A stretch of DNA of 64,000 nt from a virus, in the IMG/VR virus record IMGVR_UViG_3300027759_000002, positions 64,001 through 128,000 of that record. One strand, given 5' to 3'. Positions 29,891-39,698 of this stretch are shown here, piece by piece; position 1 is the first letter of the stretch, and each line of letters opens with the position of its first letter. Under the pieces are notes generated by a model that was given only the letters and a program-made list of their open reading frames with translations, did no database searches and was not told the origin of the DNA. A program made the translations under genes and the position numbers.

Positions 29891-31582
29891 ATGGCATTTC
29901 AAATCTCTCCAGGCGTAAATGTAGCTGAGGTGGACGCAACAACAGTTGTACCCGCAGTTCAACAGACCGCTGGTGCATTTGCTGGAACATTTCAATGGGG
30001 TCCGGCAGACAAGGTAAAACAGATAGATAGTGAAATAACACTAGTAAGCACATATGGTAAACCTAATTCGGATTCAGCAGTATCATTCTTTACTGCTGCA
30101 AACTTTCTGTCTTATGGTAATAACTTAAGTATTGTACGTGCGGTTGGTGCATTAGCAAACAATGCAACCGATGGTAGTACATTGAATGTACAAATTAAAA
30201 ACGAAGATGTTTACGAGTCTACTTATTTAAATACCAACAACGGCAATAATTATGGTCCATTTGCGGCCAGATATCCGGGTGTTTTAGGAAACTCTATCAC
30301 TGTTGCTGTTTGTGCAAACAATCAAACATATAGCACATGGGCATACAAAAATTATTTCACATCTGCACCAGGCACATCAGATTTTGCTGATTCTGTTAAT
30401 GGTGTAAAAGATGAAATGCACATTGTTGTTATTGACCAAGACGGATTGTTTACAGGTTCTGCCGGTTCAATCTTAGAAACATATGGTTTCGTTTCAGCCG
30501 CATCAGATGCGGTTATCAACGGTGTCACAAACTACTACAAACAAGTTATTTTTAATAACTCAAAGTATGTTTATGCAATGGATCCTGTTAATTATGCAAC
30601 AACAAGTGCTACATGGGGTCAAAGTGCAGCAGGTAGAACTTTTGCAAATCCAGCAACCAACCAAGTAATTAATTTAGCTACGGGTTCTTCTGTTGCACCT
30701 ACTGATGGAAACTTACAACTAGCTTACGATTTGTTTGCTAACAAAGAATCTATTGACGTTGCATTGGTACTAACAGGCGGACATTCAATTACAGTTCAAC
30801 AATATGTTATTGATAACATTGCTGTTGGTCGTGCAGACTGTGTGGCTTTTATATCTCCAAGATATGCAGACGTAGTTAATAAAGCAGGCAACGAAACAAC
30901 TAATATACAAGATTGGTTAACAACACTATCAAGAAGTTCTTCTTATGTTGTTGCTGATTCTGGATGGAAATATCAATTCGACAAATACAACAATACATAT
31001 CGTTGGATACCATTAAACGGTGATATTGCTGGATTGTGCGTATACACAGATAACATTCGTGACCCATGGTTCTCACCAGCTGGTTTCAACCGTGGTGCAA
31101 TTAAGAACTCTATCAAATTGGCATGGAATCCAAACAAGTCATTCCGTGATACATTGTATGCAGCGGGTGTTAATCCAGTTGTATCATTCCCAGGTCAAGG
31201 CACAGTATTGTTTGGTGACAAAACATTGTTAAACAAACCATCAGCATTCGACCGTATCAATGTTCGCCGTTTGTTTATTACACTTGAAAAAGCAATTGCA
31301 CAAGCTGCCAAGTTCTCAATGTTTGAATTGAATGATGAATTTACAAGAGCACAATTTATTGCTTTAGTATCACCATTCTTACGTGACATTCAAGGACGCC
31401 GTGGTTTGACAGACTTTAGAGTTGTTTGTGATTCAACAAACAACACACAACAAGTTATTGATAGCAACCAATTCGTTGGAGATATCTACCTTAAACCCGC
31501 ACGTTCAGTAAATTACATTCAGTTGAACTTTATTGCTGTTGGTACTGGTGTTGACTTCGTAACAATCGTTGGCGCAGCTTAA
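29891..31582 (+). CDS. gp18: Tail sheath protein gp18
   Basis: MAFQISPGVNVAEVD, WFSPAGFNRG, FDRINVRRLF, IYLKPARSVNYIQLNF. Confidence 0.97.
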   Translation: MAFQISPGVNVAEVDATTVVPAVQQTAGAFAGTFQWGPADKVKQIDSEITLVSTYGKPNSDSAVSFFTAANFLSYGNNLSIVRAVGALANNATDGSTLNVQIKNEDVYESTYLNTNNGNNYGPFAARYPGVLGNSITVAVCANNQTYSTWAYKNYFTSAPGTSDFADSVNGVKDEMHIVVIDQDGLFTGSAGSILETYGFVSAASDAVINGVTNYYKQVIFNNSKYVYAMDPVNYATTSATWGQSAAGRTFANPATNQVINLATGSSVAPTDGNLQLAYDLFANKESIDVALVLTGGHSITVQQYVIDNIAVGRADCVAFISPRYADVVNKAGNETTNIQDWLTTLSRSSSYVVADSGWKYQFDKYNNTYRWIPLNGDIAGLCVYTDNIRDPWFSPAGFNRGAIKNSIKLAWNPNKSFRDTLYAAGVNPVVSFPGQGTVLFGDKTLLNKPSAFDRINVRRLFITLEKAIAQAAKFSMFELNDEFTRAQFIALVSPFLRDIQGRRGLTDFRVVCDSTNNTQQVIDSNQFVGDIYLKPARSVNYIQLNFIAVGTGVDFVTIVGAA

Positions 31583-31607
31583 TAAATAAACGATATAGGA
31601 GAAAACA

Positions 31608-32150
31608 ATGGCATTTAATGTATCAGAATTCAGAGCTAATATGATTGGAGACGGAGCACGTCCTAATTTATTCTCTGTCTCTTTAATATTTCCATCAAAC
31701 GTAACAAACTCAACATCTGCTGGCCAAAAACTAACCTTTATGGCCAAAACAGCACAACTACCAGGTTCTTCAATCGGTACAGTTCCAGTATTTTACTTTG
31801 GACGTGAGATGAAGTTTCCAGGTAACAGAACTTTTGCTGACTGGACATTGACAATCATTAACGATGAAGATTTTGCAATCAGAAATTCTTTAGAAAACTG
31901 GATGAACTCTATCAATAGTCACTCAGGTAACATAAGAAGCGGTGCAGCAAGAAATTCTAATGGTTATTCTGTTGATGCAAACGTTATTCAATATGGTAAA
32001 ACAGGCAACGAATTAAAGAAATATAATTTCGTTGGTTTATTTCCATTAGATTTGGCACCAATCGACCTTGATTGGGGTTCAAATGACGCAATTGAAGAAT
32101 TTACATGTACGTTTGCTTACCAATTCTGGGAAACAGACACAACATCTTGA
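31608..32150 (+). CDS. gp19: Tail tube protein gp19
   Basis: GARPNLFSV, LPGSSIG, GNRTFADWTLTIINDEDF, IEEFTCTFAYQFWE. Confidence 0.96.
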   Translation: MAFNVSEFRANMIGDGARPNLFSVSLIFPSNVTNSTSAGQKLTFMAKTAQLPGSSIGTVPVFYFGREMKFPGNRTFADWTLTIINDEDFAIRNSLENWMNSINSHSGNIRSGAARNSNGYSVDANVIQYGKTGNELKKYNFVGLFPLDLAPIDLDWGSNDAIEEFTCTFAYQFWETDTTS

Positions 32151-32158
32151 TATATAGC

Positions 32159-32190
32159 GGGAGGCCCAATAGGGTCTCCCATGATTTTTT
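32159..32190 (+). terminator. Probable intrinsic terminator after gp19
   Basis: GGGAGGCCC-AATA-GGGTCTCCC followed by a T-rich tract. Confidence 0.55.
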
Positions 32191-32213
32191 GATTTTATAA
32201 TTACACACAAACT

Positions 32214-33959
32214 ATGGCAAACAACACAAACAAATTCTCACTGTTCGGTTTTACAATTTCTCGCCAAAAGGATGAGGAAGATTCTACTGCACAACAATCA
32301 TTTGCGCCACCAACGCAAGATGATGGAGCATTAACTATTACATCTGCCGCTTACTACGGCACTTATGTTGACCTTGACGGTACCGCAAAGAATGAGGTAG
32401 AACTAATCTCTCGTTACCGTGAAATGGCTATGCAACCTGAAATTGAATCTGCGATAGATGATATAGTTAATGAGGCTATTGTTCAAGATGATGATGGTAA
32501 AATAACACAAATTATTTTAGATGATTTAAAAGTTGCCGACAAAATTAAAAAAGCCATTAAAGAAGAATTCAATACCGTTTTGCGTATGTTGAGTTATCAG
32601 AACATGGCACAAGATATCTTCCGCCGTTACTATGTTGATGGTAGAATGTACTATCACATCATTATTGACCGTGAGAAACCACAAGAAGGTATTAAAGAAC
32701 TTCGTTACATCGACCCACGTAGATTACGTAAGGTTCGTGAGATGAAAAAACAAAAAGATGAAAGAACTGGTGCAGATGTTATGCAACCAGTGAATGAATA
32801 CTACATATACAACGACAAGGTTGTTAGCGGTAGTGCATCCAATTTTGGTCCTGTTGGTGTTCGCATTACAACAGACTCTATTATTTCGGTGGTATCGGGT
32901 CTTATGGACTCCCGCCGTGCGGTTGTTCTGAGTTATCTACATAAAGCAATTAAGCCTCTAAATCAATTACGTATGATAGAGGATGCAACGGTCATTTACC
33001 GTATTTCGAGAGCTCCAGAACGCCGTATCTTTTACATTGACGTTGGCAATTTACCAAAATTAAAGGCCGAACAATACATGCGTGATATTATGGTCAAGTA
33101 TAAAAATAAACTTGTCTATGATGCCAATACAGGTGAAGTACGTGATGACCGCAAGTTTATGTCCATGATGGAAGACTTCTGGTTACCACGTAGAGAAGGC
33201 GGCAAAGGCACAGAGATTACCACACTACCAGGTGGACAGAACCTAGGTGAGCTGGAAGACGTTAAATACTTTCAGAAGAAACTATATGGTGCCTTGTGTG
33301 TTCCAATCTCCAGGTTAGAACCTAACCAAGGATTCTCACTTGGTCGTTCATCAGAGATTACTAGAGATGAATTGAAATTCTCTAAATTTGTGGATAGATT
33401 AAGAAGTAAATTTTCCGAAGTATTCAATCAAGCCTTACGTGTACAGTGTGTACTAAAAGGCATTTGTACAGATGAAGAATGGGAATTGTTTAAAGAAGAT
33501 ATTCATTATGACTTCATTAAAGATAATAATTTCTCCGAATTAAAAGAAGCGGAATTAATGTCACAAAGATTAACGTTGTTACAATCGGTTGATCCATATA
33601 CTGGTCGTTATTTCTCACAAAAATGGATTCAACAAAATGTGTTGCGTCTAACAGATGATGAGATTGCAGACATGGATAAAGAAATTGAAACAGAAAAAGA
33701 AATGGGTCTTGGATTGCCTGTTGGTGTAACAAATGATGTTGCACAACAACAGATGTTAGGACAAGTTCAAACCGACCAAATGGTACAACAGGCACAATTG
33801 ATGCCTGATCCTGCACCAGCTGGTGGTTCCAGTTCTGGTGGTGGTAGTTCATCATCAAGTAGTAAATCAAAAAGTTCCAGTGGTTCGAAATCAGTTAAAG
33901 GTGACCTCAGCTTAGAAGAAGTTGAAACAACATTTACCAGATTGAAACGCATTTTATAA
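32214..33959 (+). CDS. gp20: Portal protein gp20
   Basis: YRISRAPERRIFYIDVGNLPK.KAEQY, EDFWLPRREGGKGTEITTLPGGQNLGE. Confidence 0.97.
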   Translation: MANNTNKFSLFGFTISRQKDEEDSTAQQSFAPPTQDDGALTITSAAYYGTYVDLDGTAKNEVELISRYREMAMQPEIESAIDDIVNEAIVQDDDGKITQIILDDLKVADKIKKAIKEEFNTVLRMLSYQNMAQDIFRRYYVDGRMYYHIIIDREKPQEGIKELRYIDPRRLRKVREMKKQKDERTGADVMQPVNEYYIYNDKVVSGSASNFGPVGVRITTDSIISVVSGLMDSRRAVVLSYLHKAIKPLNQLRMIEDATVIYRISRAPERRIFYIDVGNLPKLKAEQYMRDIMVKYKNKLVYDANTGEVRDDRKFMSMMEDFWLPRREGGKGTEITTLPGGQNLGELEDVKYFQKKLYGALCVPISRLEPNQGFSLGRSSEITRDELKFSKFVDRLRSKFSEVFNQALRVQCVLKGICTDEEWELFKEDIHYDFIKDNNFSELKEAELMSQRLTLLQSVDPYTGRYFSQKWIQQNVLRLTDDEIADMDKEIETEKEMGLGLPVGVTNDVAQQQMLGQVQTDQMVQQAQLMPDPAPAGGSSSGGGSSSSSSKSKSSSGSKSVKGDLSLEEVETTFTRLKRIL

Positions 33960-33972
33960 TTAGGAGATAACA

Positions 33973-34185
33973 ATGGATAAAGCAAGAGAAATAGTAGACT
34001 ACGCAGAAACAGATAACGCAATCGAAATGCGTAATGCATTATATTCTGCACTACACGATAGAGTTAGAGCTCATATCGAAACACATAAGGTAGAAGTTGC
34101 AAAGCAGTTAATGAATCCAGATGATGCAACGACCGAAGATGAAGTTGTACACACAGGTGAACCTGTTACAACTGAAACTGAATAA
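33973..34185 (+). CDS. Small acidic prohead core protein (gp67 position)
   Basis: Size, acidity and position between portal and protease. Confidence 0.55.
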   Translation: MDKAREIVDYAETDNAIEMRNALYSALHDRVRAHIETHKVEVAKQLMNPDDATTEDEVVHTGEPVTTETE

Positions 34186-34197
34186 TTTTGACACTGG

Positions 34198-34205
34198 TAT
34201 AAATA
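34198..34205 (+). promoter_or_regulatory. T4 late promoter TATAAATA
   Basis: Exact gp55 consensus upstream of 34232. Confidence 0.7.
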
Positions 34206-34231
34206 TTATTCAAACATAACAGGAATTATAA

Positions 34232-34753
34232 ATGGCAAATTCATTTTCATATCAAGTCATTAAAGACACAACAGAACATGCAGTTATTAAACTAACTGCT
34301 TCTTTTGATGGTACAGGTCAAGAATCAAACACTATACGTATTCAAGCAAATACTTTATATGGTGCAATGGACACTTCCAAAGGTAATTTACTTTCAAGTG
34401 CAGCTAATACTGGCGCATTAGGTTTCTACGGTTTGTCTATATATCGTTTGTGGTATGATTGTGCTGCTGGCGGTGATGTAACATTATCTTGGAATGCATC
34501 CACGCCTTTGCCTATATTTGTTATGAACGGTAACGGAGAATATGATTCGGCCGGTAACTGGGTAACAATACCAAACAATGCAAAAGGAACTTCAGGTTGC
34601 AAAGGTGATATTGCTGTGTCCACCAGAGGTATGGCAGCAAATGATAGTTACACAATGATTTTAGAATTACGTAAAGACAATGAACACTATCAACGTGGCC
34701 AATTAAGTGATCCTGCCGCATTTAATTATGGTGGTTATTCACTTAGACCTTAA
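34232..34753 (+). CDS. Hypothetical head-module protein (gp68 position)
   Basis: 173-aa ORF with RBS and late promoter. Confidence 0.6.
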   Translation: MANSFSYQVIKDTTEHAVIKLTASFDGTGQESNTIRIQANTLYGAMDTSKGNLLSSAANTGALGFYGLSIYRLWYDCAAGGDVTLSWNASTPLPIFVMNGNGEYDSAGNWVTIPNNAKGTSGCKGDIAVSTRGMAANDSYTMILELRKDNEHYQRGQLSDPAAFNYGGYSLRP

Positions 34754-34761
34754 GGATTAAA

Positions 34762-35406
34762 ATGAAACTCATTAGAGAACTTACCGAATCGGTACAATAC
34801 TTAACGGAAGAAAAAGATGGAAAGAAAACTCTTTTCATTGAAGGTCCGTTTCTAGTTGCAGAATCAGTTAACAAAAATAAACGCATGTACAGAGAAGAAA
34901 CAATGCGTAATGAAGTTAACCGTTACAGCGAAGAATACATTAATAAAAATCGTGCCTTTGGTGAACTGGGACATCCAGACACCCCATCCATTAATCTTGA
35001 CCGTGTGTCTCACTTAATTGTGGGTCTACGTCAAGAGGGAAATGCTTGGATAGGCAAAGCAAAAATTCTTGAAACCCCTATGGGTAACATTGCAAGAAAC
35101 CTTATTGAAGGCGGCGCACAACTTGGTGTGTCATCTAGAGGTATGGGTTCTCTTAAAATGGAAAACGGCATCAATGTCGTTCAAGGAGACTTTCATCTGG
35201 CCACAGCGGCAGATATTGTAGCAGATCCTTCTGCACCTGGTGCTTTTGTACAGGGAATTATGGAAGGTAAGGAATGGATGTTGGTTAACGGTATATGGAC
35301 CGAAGAACAACACGAAGTTGCAAAGCAAGAAATTAAGCAAGCATCTAGCAAAGAGATTGAAGCCGTAAGCTTAAAAATCTTTGAAAACTTCCTTAAAAAA
35401 CTTTAA
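34762..35406 (+). CDS. gp21: Prohead protease gp21
   Basis: NKNKRMY, GELGHP, GVSSRGMGSL, DIVADPSAPGAFV. Confidence 0.96.
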   Translation: MKLIRELTESVQYLTEEKDGKKTLFIEGPFLVAESVNKNKRMYREETMRNEVNRYSEEYINKNRAFGELGHPDTPSINLDRVSHLIVGLRQEGNAWIGKAKILETPMGNIARNLIEGGAQLGVSSRGMGSLKMENGINVVQGDFHLATAADIVADPSAPGAFVQGIMEGKEWMLVNGIWTEEQHEVAKQEIKQASSKEIEAVSLKIFENFLKKL

Positions 35407-35407
35407 A

Positions 35408-35415
35408 TATAAATA
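35408..35415 (+). promoter_or_regulatory. T4 late promoter TATAAATA
   Basis: Exact consensus upstream of gp22. Confidence 0.7.
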
Positions 35416-35443
35416 TCCAATATAAATCAAGGAGATTCTCAAA

Positions 35444-36703
35444 ATGGGAAAATTTAATCTGACAGACGCCGCTAAATCAATTCTTACAGAAGGCGCAAAA
35501 GAAAACTTTGAAGCTTCTGTAGCTCGTGGCCACAAAGAAGGTTCATCTAAACTACCTACGTCTGTTGCTTATGGCACAAAAGATGTTGGTGAAGTTGCTG
35601 GTGAAATCAAAAAACAAGATGATGAAACTGGTGACTACACAAAAGGTACACCAACAGCAACACCACCAGGCGCAACACCACCAGTTGGTTCAATGCCTGC
35701 ACAGAAGTTGACTGGTCCTGCTGACTCACAAGGTTCTGAACACAAAGCTGTTCAAGCTGCAGCAACCGATTACAACGCAATCCGTGACCGTATCAAAGCT
35801 AAACTTGCACCACAAATGATGCAAGCAAATCCAGGTGCAACATTCCAGTCTTATGCTGAAGAAAAAGTAGAAGCAGAAGAAGTTGTTGCAGAAGAAAAAG
35901 AAGGTCATGAAGATGCAGCAGAAGACAAAAAAATGATTAAGTCTATGATGAAGAAACAAAAAATGAAAGAACAAATGGACCAAGACGTAGGTGCATTGCT
36001 TTCAGGTGAAGACCTTTCAGAAGAATTCAAAACAAAAGCAACCACAATTTTTGAATCTGCCGTTATTGCTCGTTCACAATCCATTATGGAAGAAGTTGAA
36101 GAAGCATTGTACGAAGAATTCGAAGTGGCTGTTGAATCAGTTAAAGAAGATTTGGCTAAAAAGTTGGATGATTACATCAACTATATGGCCGAAGAATGGT
36201 TCAAAGAAAACCAATTGGCAATCGAAAAAGGTCTACGTTCTGAAATCGTTGAAGATTTCATTCGTGGTCTAAAAGGTCTATTCGAAGAACATTACATCGA
36301 CATTCCAGATGAAAAAGTGGATGTTGTGGAAGAATTGACCACAAAGGTTGAAGAATTAGAAACTTCAGTCAACGAAGAAATTTCACGTAACGTTGAAATG
36401 AAGAAACAAATTAACGAACACAAAAAGACAGAGGCTATACATGCAGTATGTGAAGGCCTGACGCAGACACAAGTAGAGAAACTAAAATCACTCGCAGAGA
36501 GTGTTGAGTTTACTACTGAAGAAGAATTTGGTCGCAAACTAGAAACATTGGTAGATTCATACTTCCAACAAACAGTTAAAGCACCAGTTAGTTCTGCTCT
36601 ACATGAAGCTGTAGAAGTTGAAGATGAGAAGAAGCCAATGGCATCTACTGATCCTGCAATCGCTCAGTACGCACAAACAATCTCTAAATCATTGGTTAAA
36701 TAA
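35444..36703 (+). CDS. gp22: Prohead scaffolding protein gp22
   Basis: LSEEFKTKATTIFESAV, EEWFKENQLAIEKGLRSEIVEDF; Glu-rich coiled coil. Confidence 0.93.
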   Translation: MGKFNLTDAAKSILTEGAKENFEASVARGHKEGSSKLPTSVAYGTKDVGEVAGEIKKQDDETGDYTKGTPTATPPGATPPVGSMPAQKLTGPADSQGSEHKAVQAAATDYNAIRDRIKAKLAPQMMQANPGATFQSYAEEKVEAEEVVAEEKEGHEDAAEDKKMIKSMMKKQKMKEQMDQDVGALLSGEDLSEEFKTKATTIFESAVIARSQSIMEEVEEALYEEFEVAVESVKEDLAKKLDDYINYMAEEWFKENQLAIEKGLRSEIVEDFIRGLKGLFEEHYIDIPDEKVDVVEELTTKVEELETSVNEEISRNVEMKKQINEHKKTEAIHAVCEGLTQTQVEKLKSLAESVEFTTEEEFGRKLETLVDSYFQQTVKAPVSSALHEAVEVEDEKKPMASTDPAIAQYAQTISKSLVK

Positions 36704-36744
36704 ATAAACTTTACCAATAAAAGATACTAATAAGGAGAACATTA

Positions 36745-38091
36745 ATGTATCTAACCGAAGAATTACAAAAAAAATGGGCACCAGTCCTTGAACACGAAGG
36801 TCTAGAGTCTATCAAAGATCCGTACAGAAAAGCTGTTACAGCACTTGTATTGGAAAACCAACAACGTGAAATGGCTACAGCATCACAACAGTTGAATGAA
36901 ACTGCTGTGTCTTCTGCACCAACAAACGTTACAGGTTCTGGCATTTCTAACTACGACCCAATCTTAATCAGTTTGGTTCGCCGTGCATTGCCTAACTTGA
37001 TTGCTTATGATGTTGCAGGCGTTCAGCCAATGACTGGACCTACTGGTCTAATCTTTGCAATGCGTGCTCGTTACGACACACAATCTGGTTCACCAAGCAA
37101 CACAAACGAAGCGTTCTTCAACGAAGCAAACACAGAGTTCTCTGGTGCATTGTCTACTTCTAATCCATACGGATTCCGTGGTAACAACGCAACAGATATC
37201 CGTACAAACCCTGTTGCAGATTTGACTGCTAACCACTACACAACTGGTATTGCATTTTCAACAGCAACTGCTGAAGCACTAGGTGCCGACACAGATAGTC
37301 CTTTCAAACAAATGGCATTCTCAATTGAGAAAGTTACTGTTACTGCACAAAGCCGTGCATTGAAAGCTGAATACTCACTAGAACTTGCACAAGACTTGAA
37401 AGCAATCCATGGTTTGGATGCTGAAACAGAATTGAGCAACATTCTTTCTACTGAGATTCTTGCTGAAATCAACCGTGAAGTTATCCGTACTATCTACACA
37501 TGTGCTGTTGCAGGCGCTCAGTATGGTACTACAACTGCTGGTTCTTTCGACTTGGACACAGACTCTAACGGTCGTTGGTCTGTTGAACGTTTCAAAGGTT
37601 TGATTTTCCAAATCGAACGTGATGCTAACGTTATTGCAAAACAAACTCGTAGAGGTAAAGGCAACGTGATGATTGTATCATCTGATGTTGCTTCTGCTAT
37701 GGCTATGGCTGGCGTGTTGCAATATACACCTAACCTAAACGCTGACCTACAAGTTGATGACACAGGCAATACATTTGCTGGTATGTTACACGGTCGTATC
37801 AAGGTCTATATTGACCCATACTTCGGTGGTTACACATCTAACCAAGAATTGGTGACAATCGGTTATAAGGGTACTTCTCCTTATGACGCTGGTATCTTCT
37901 ATTGCCCATACGTACCGTTGCAAATGGTTCGTGCAATTGACCAGTACACATTCCAACCAAAGATTGGTTTCAAAACACGTTACGGCATGGTTGCAAACCC
38001 ATTCGCAACTGGTTTGACAAGTGGCAATGGCGCATTGAACGCACGTTCAAACGTTTACTACCGTATCTTCCAAGTTAAAAACTTGATGTAA
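36745..38091 (+). CDS. gp23: Major capsid protein gp23
   Basis: KWAPVLEH, GVQPMTGPTGLIFAMR, SRALKAEYSLELAQDLKAIHGLDAE, FQPKIGFKTRYG. Confidence 0.98.
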   Translation: MYLTEELQKKWAPVLEHEGLESIKDPYRKAVTALVLENQQREMATASQQLNETAVSSAPTNVTGSGISNYDPILISLVRRALPNLIAYDVAGVQPMTGPTGLIFAMRARYDTQSGSPSNTNEAFFNEANTEFSGALSTSNPYGFRGNNATDIRTNPVADLTANHYTTGIAFSTATAEALGADTDSPFKQMAFSIEKVTVTAQSRALKAEYSLELAQDLKAIHGLDAETELSNILSTEILAEINREVIRTIYTCAVAGAQYGTTTAGSFDLDTDSNGRWSVERFKGLIFQIERDANVIAKQTRRGKGNVMIVSSDVASAMAMAGVLQYTPNLNADLQVDDTGNTFAGMLHGRIKVYIDPYFGGYTSNQELVTIGYKGTSPYDAGIFYCPYVPLQMVRAIDQYTFQPKIGFKTRYGMVANPFATGLTSGNGALNARSNVYYRIFQVKNLM

Positions 38092-38120
38092 GACCAGAGT
38101 CACCGCAGAGTGACACTTTA

Positions 38121-38148
38121 AAGACCACCTTCGGGTGGTCTTTTTTTT
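38121..38148 (+). terminator. Intrinsic terminator after gp23
   Basis: AAGACCACC-TTCG-GGTGGTCTT then T run. Confidence 0.9.
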
Positions 38149-38177
38149 GGCTCCTAAATACTGATAGAGGAGATAAA

Positions 38178-38690
38178 ATGACAGCAATAAACAGAAGTCC
38201 TGAGAACACAAACCTATTACAGTCAACGAAGTTTTTATTAACGTTTGATAGAATTAGAACCACACAATATTTCTGTCAAACTGTTAACCTTCCTGGTGTA
38301 ACTTTAGGTGAAGTAAGCCGAGCAACACCATTCTTGGACATGTATTCACCTGGTACCAAGTTAACATATGATCCATTGGTTGTAGAATTCATATTAGATG
38401 AAGAACTACAAGGATGGAAAAACATGTACGATTGGTTTTTGTCAATGGCTGATCCAGATGGATTTGAGAAACGTGATGGCAGTAGAGAACTACAAACCAA
38501 TAAACACTTCTCAGATGCCACATTAAGTATACTAAGTGGACTAAACAATCCTTTGGTTAGAATACACTACACCAACTTATTTCCTTTGAGTATTAGTGAT
38601 ATTAGATTTGACACCACACAATCTGCGGATACAATATTGACCGCAACGGCAACATTTAGATATCAATCGTATACCTACTTGACAGTGTAA
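38178..38690 (+). CDS. gp3: Tail completion protein gp3
   Basis: QYFCQTVNLPGVTLGE, PGTKLTYDPL.VEFILDEEL, SDATLSIL. Confidence 0.85.
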   Translation: MTAINRSPENTNLLQSTKFLLTFDRIRTTQYFCQTVNLPGVTLGEVSRATPFLDMYSPGTKLTYDPLVVEFILDEELQGWKNMYDWFLSMADPDGFEKRDGSRELQTNKHFSDATLSILSGLNNPLVRIHYTNLFPLSISDIRFDTTQSADTILTATATFRYQSYTYLTV

Positions 38691-38707
38691 TCATTTTGTG
38701 TTATAAT
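38679..38707 (+). promoter_or_regulatory. Sigma70-type promoter
   Basis: TTGACA-17-TATAAT with extended -10 TG. Confidence 0.8.
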
Positions 38708-38747
38708 GTTTTTATTGCATTTTAATATATTCTTTAAATAAAGTCAT

Positions 38748-39245
38748 ATGAAATTATATACTTGTACCGATTGTAAAATACCAAAATTGGCTACAACCGA
38801 AAACTTTTATGATAATCAAATTAAAAAGACAATTAAAAATAAAGAAATAACTTCAATAGGTAAATGTATTTCTTGTGCCAAAACATATCAATTAAATTAC
38901 ACCAAACAATTAAAAGAAAAAAGATTATCTATTAGAAGTAGAAAATCAATTGATATAAAAAATACAGGAACTTTATATGTTATGGGGCCAAAAAATAACA
39001 CAAACCTTCCATATAAAATTGGTATTACAGTTGGTAAAGATGTTTCCAATAGATTAAGAGCAATGCAAACATCACATTGGATGGAAATTGAAGTTTATTA
39101 TAAATCACCATTGTTGAAAGATGTAAATAAAGTTGAAAAACATTTACACAAAAAATATGCCGATAAAAAAGTAAAAGGTGAATGGTTTAATATAAACCAA
39201 GAAGATATAAAAAATATTATAATAGAATGTGAAAATTTTAATTAA
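38748..39245 (+). CDS. Free-standing GIY-YIG-like (T5orf172-type) endonuclease with N-terminal Cys motif
   Basis: LYVMG...YKIGIT...RL..MQT...E..LH.KY..K.VKGEWF; CTDC...CISC; very AT-rich. Confidence 0.75.
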   Translation: MKLYTCTDCKIPKLATTENFYDNQIKKTIKNKEITSIGKCISCAKTYQLNYTKQLKEKRLSIRSRKSIDIKNTGTLYVMGPKNNTNLPYKIGITVGKDVSNRLRAMQTSHWMEIEVYYKSPLLKDVNKVEKHLHKKYADKKVKGEWFNINQEDIKNIIIECENFN

Positions 39246-39263
39246 TTTATAAGTTGAGATATT

Positions 39264-39698
39264 ATGGAAACACTTGAACAAATATTAAAAATGTGGGAAA
39301 GCGATGCGGTTATAGACCAAACCGAGCCGTCTAAAGAATTATTAAACATTCCCAAATATCACAGCAAGTATCTTGGTATTTTAACCAAGCATAAGATTGC
39401 GTCCAAAAAAGCCCACTTTGATTATCTACGTATGCGTAAGGTCAAATGGGAATACTTTACTGGCAAAATGTCCGAAGAAGAATTGGAACAATATGGTTGG
39501 GATCCATTTCAATTTGCACTCAAATCGGATATCAACACCTACCTAGAAGCAGATAAAGACCTCATCAAGTTACTTGAAAAGAAAGTATACCATGAAGAAG
39601 TCACATCCGTGGTTGAATCAATTATGGCCGAACTTAAACAAAGAACATGGCAGTTAAGAGATTTTATATCTTGGGAGAAATTCATTGGCGGTCAATGA
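39264..39698 (+). CDS. uvsY: Recombination mediator UvsY
   Basis: IPKYHSKYL, WEYFTGK, INTYLEADKDL, RTWQLRDFISWEKFIGG. Confidence 0.9.
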   Translation: METLEQILKMWESDAVIDQTEPSKELLNIPKYHSKYLGILTKHKIASKKAHFDYLRMRKVKWEYFTGKMSEEELEQYGWDPFQFALKSDINTYLEADKDLIKLLEKKVYHEEVTSVVESIMAELKQRTWQLRDFISWEKFIGGQ

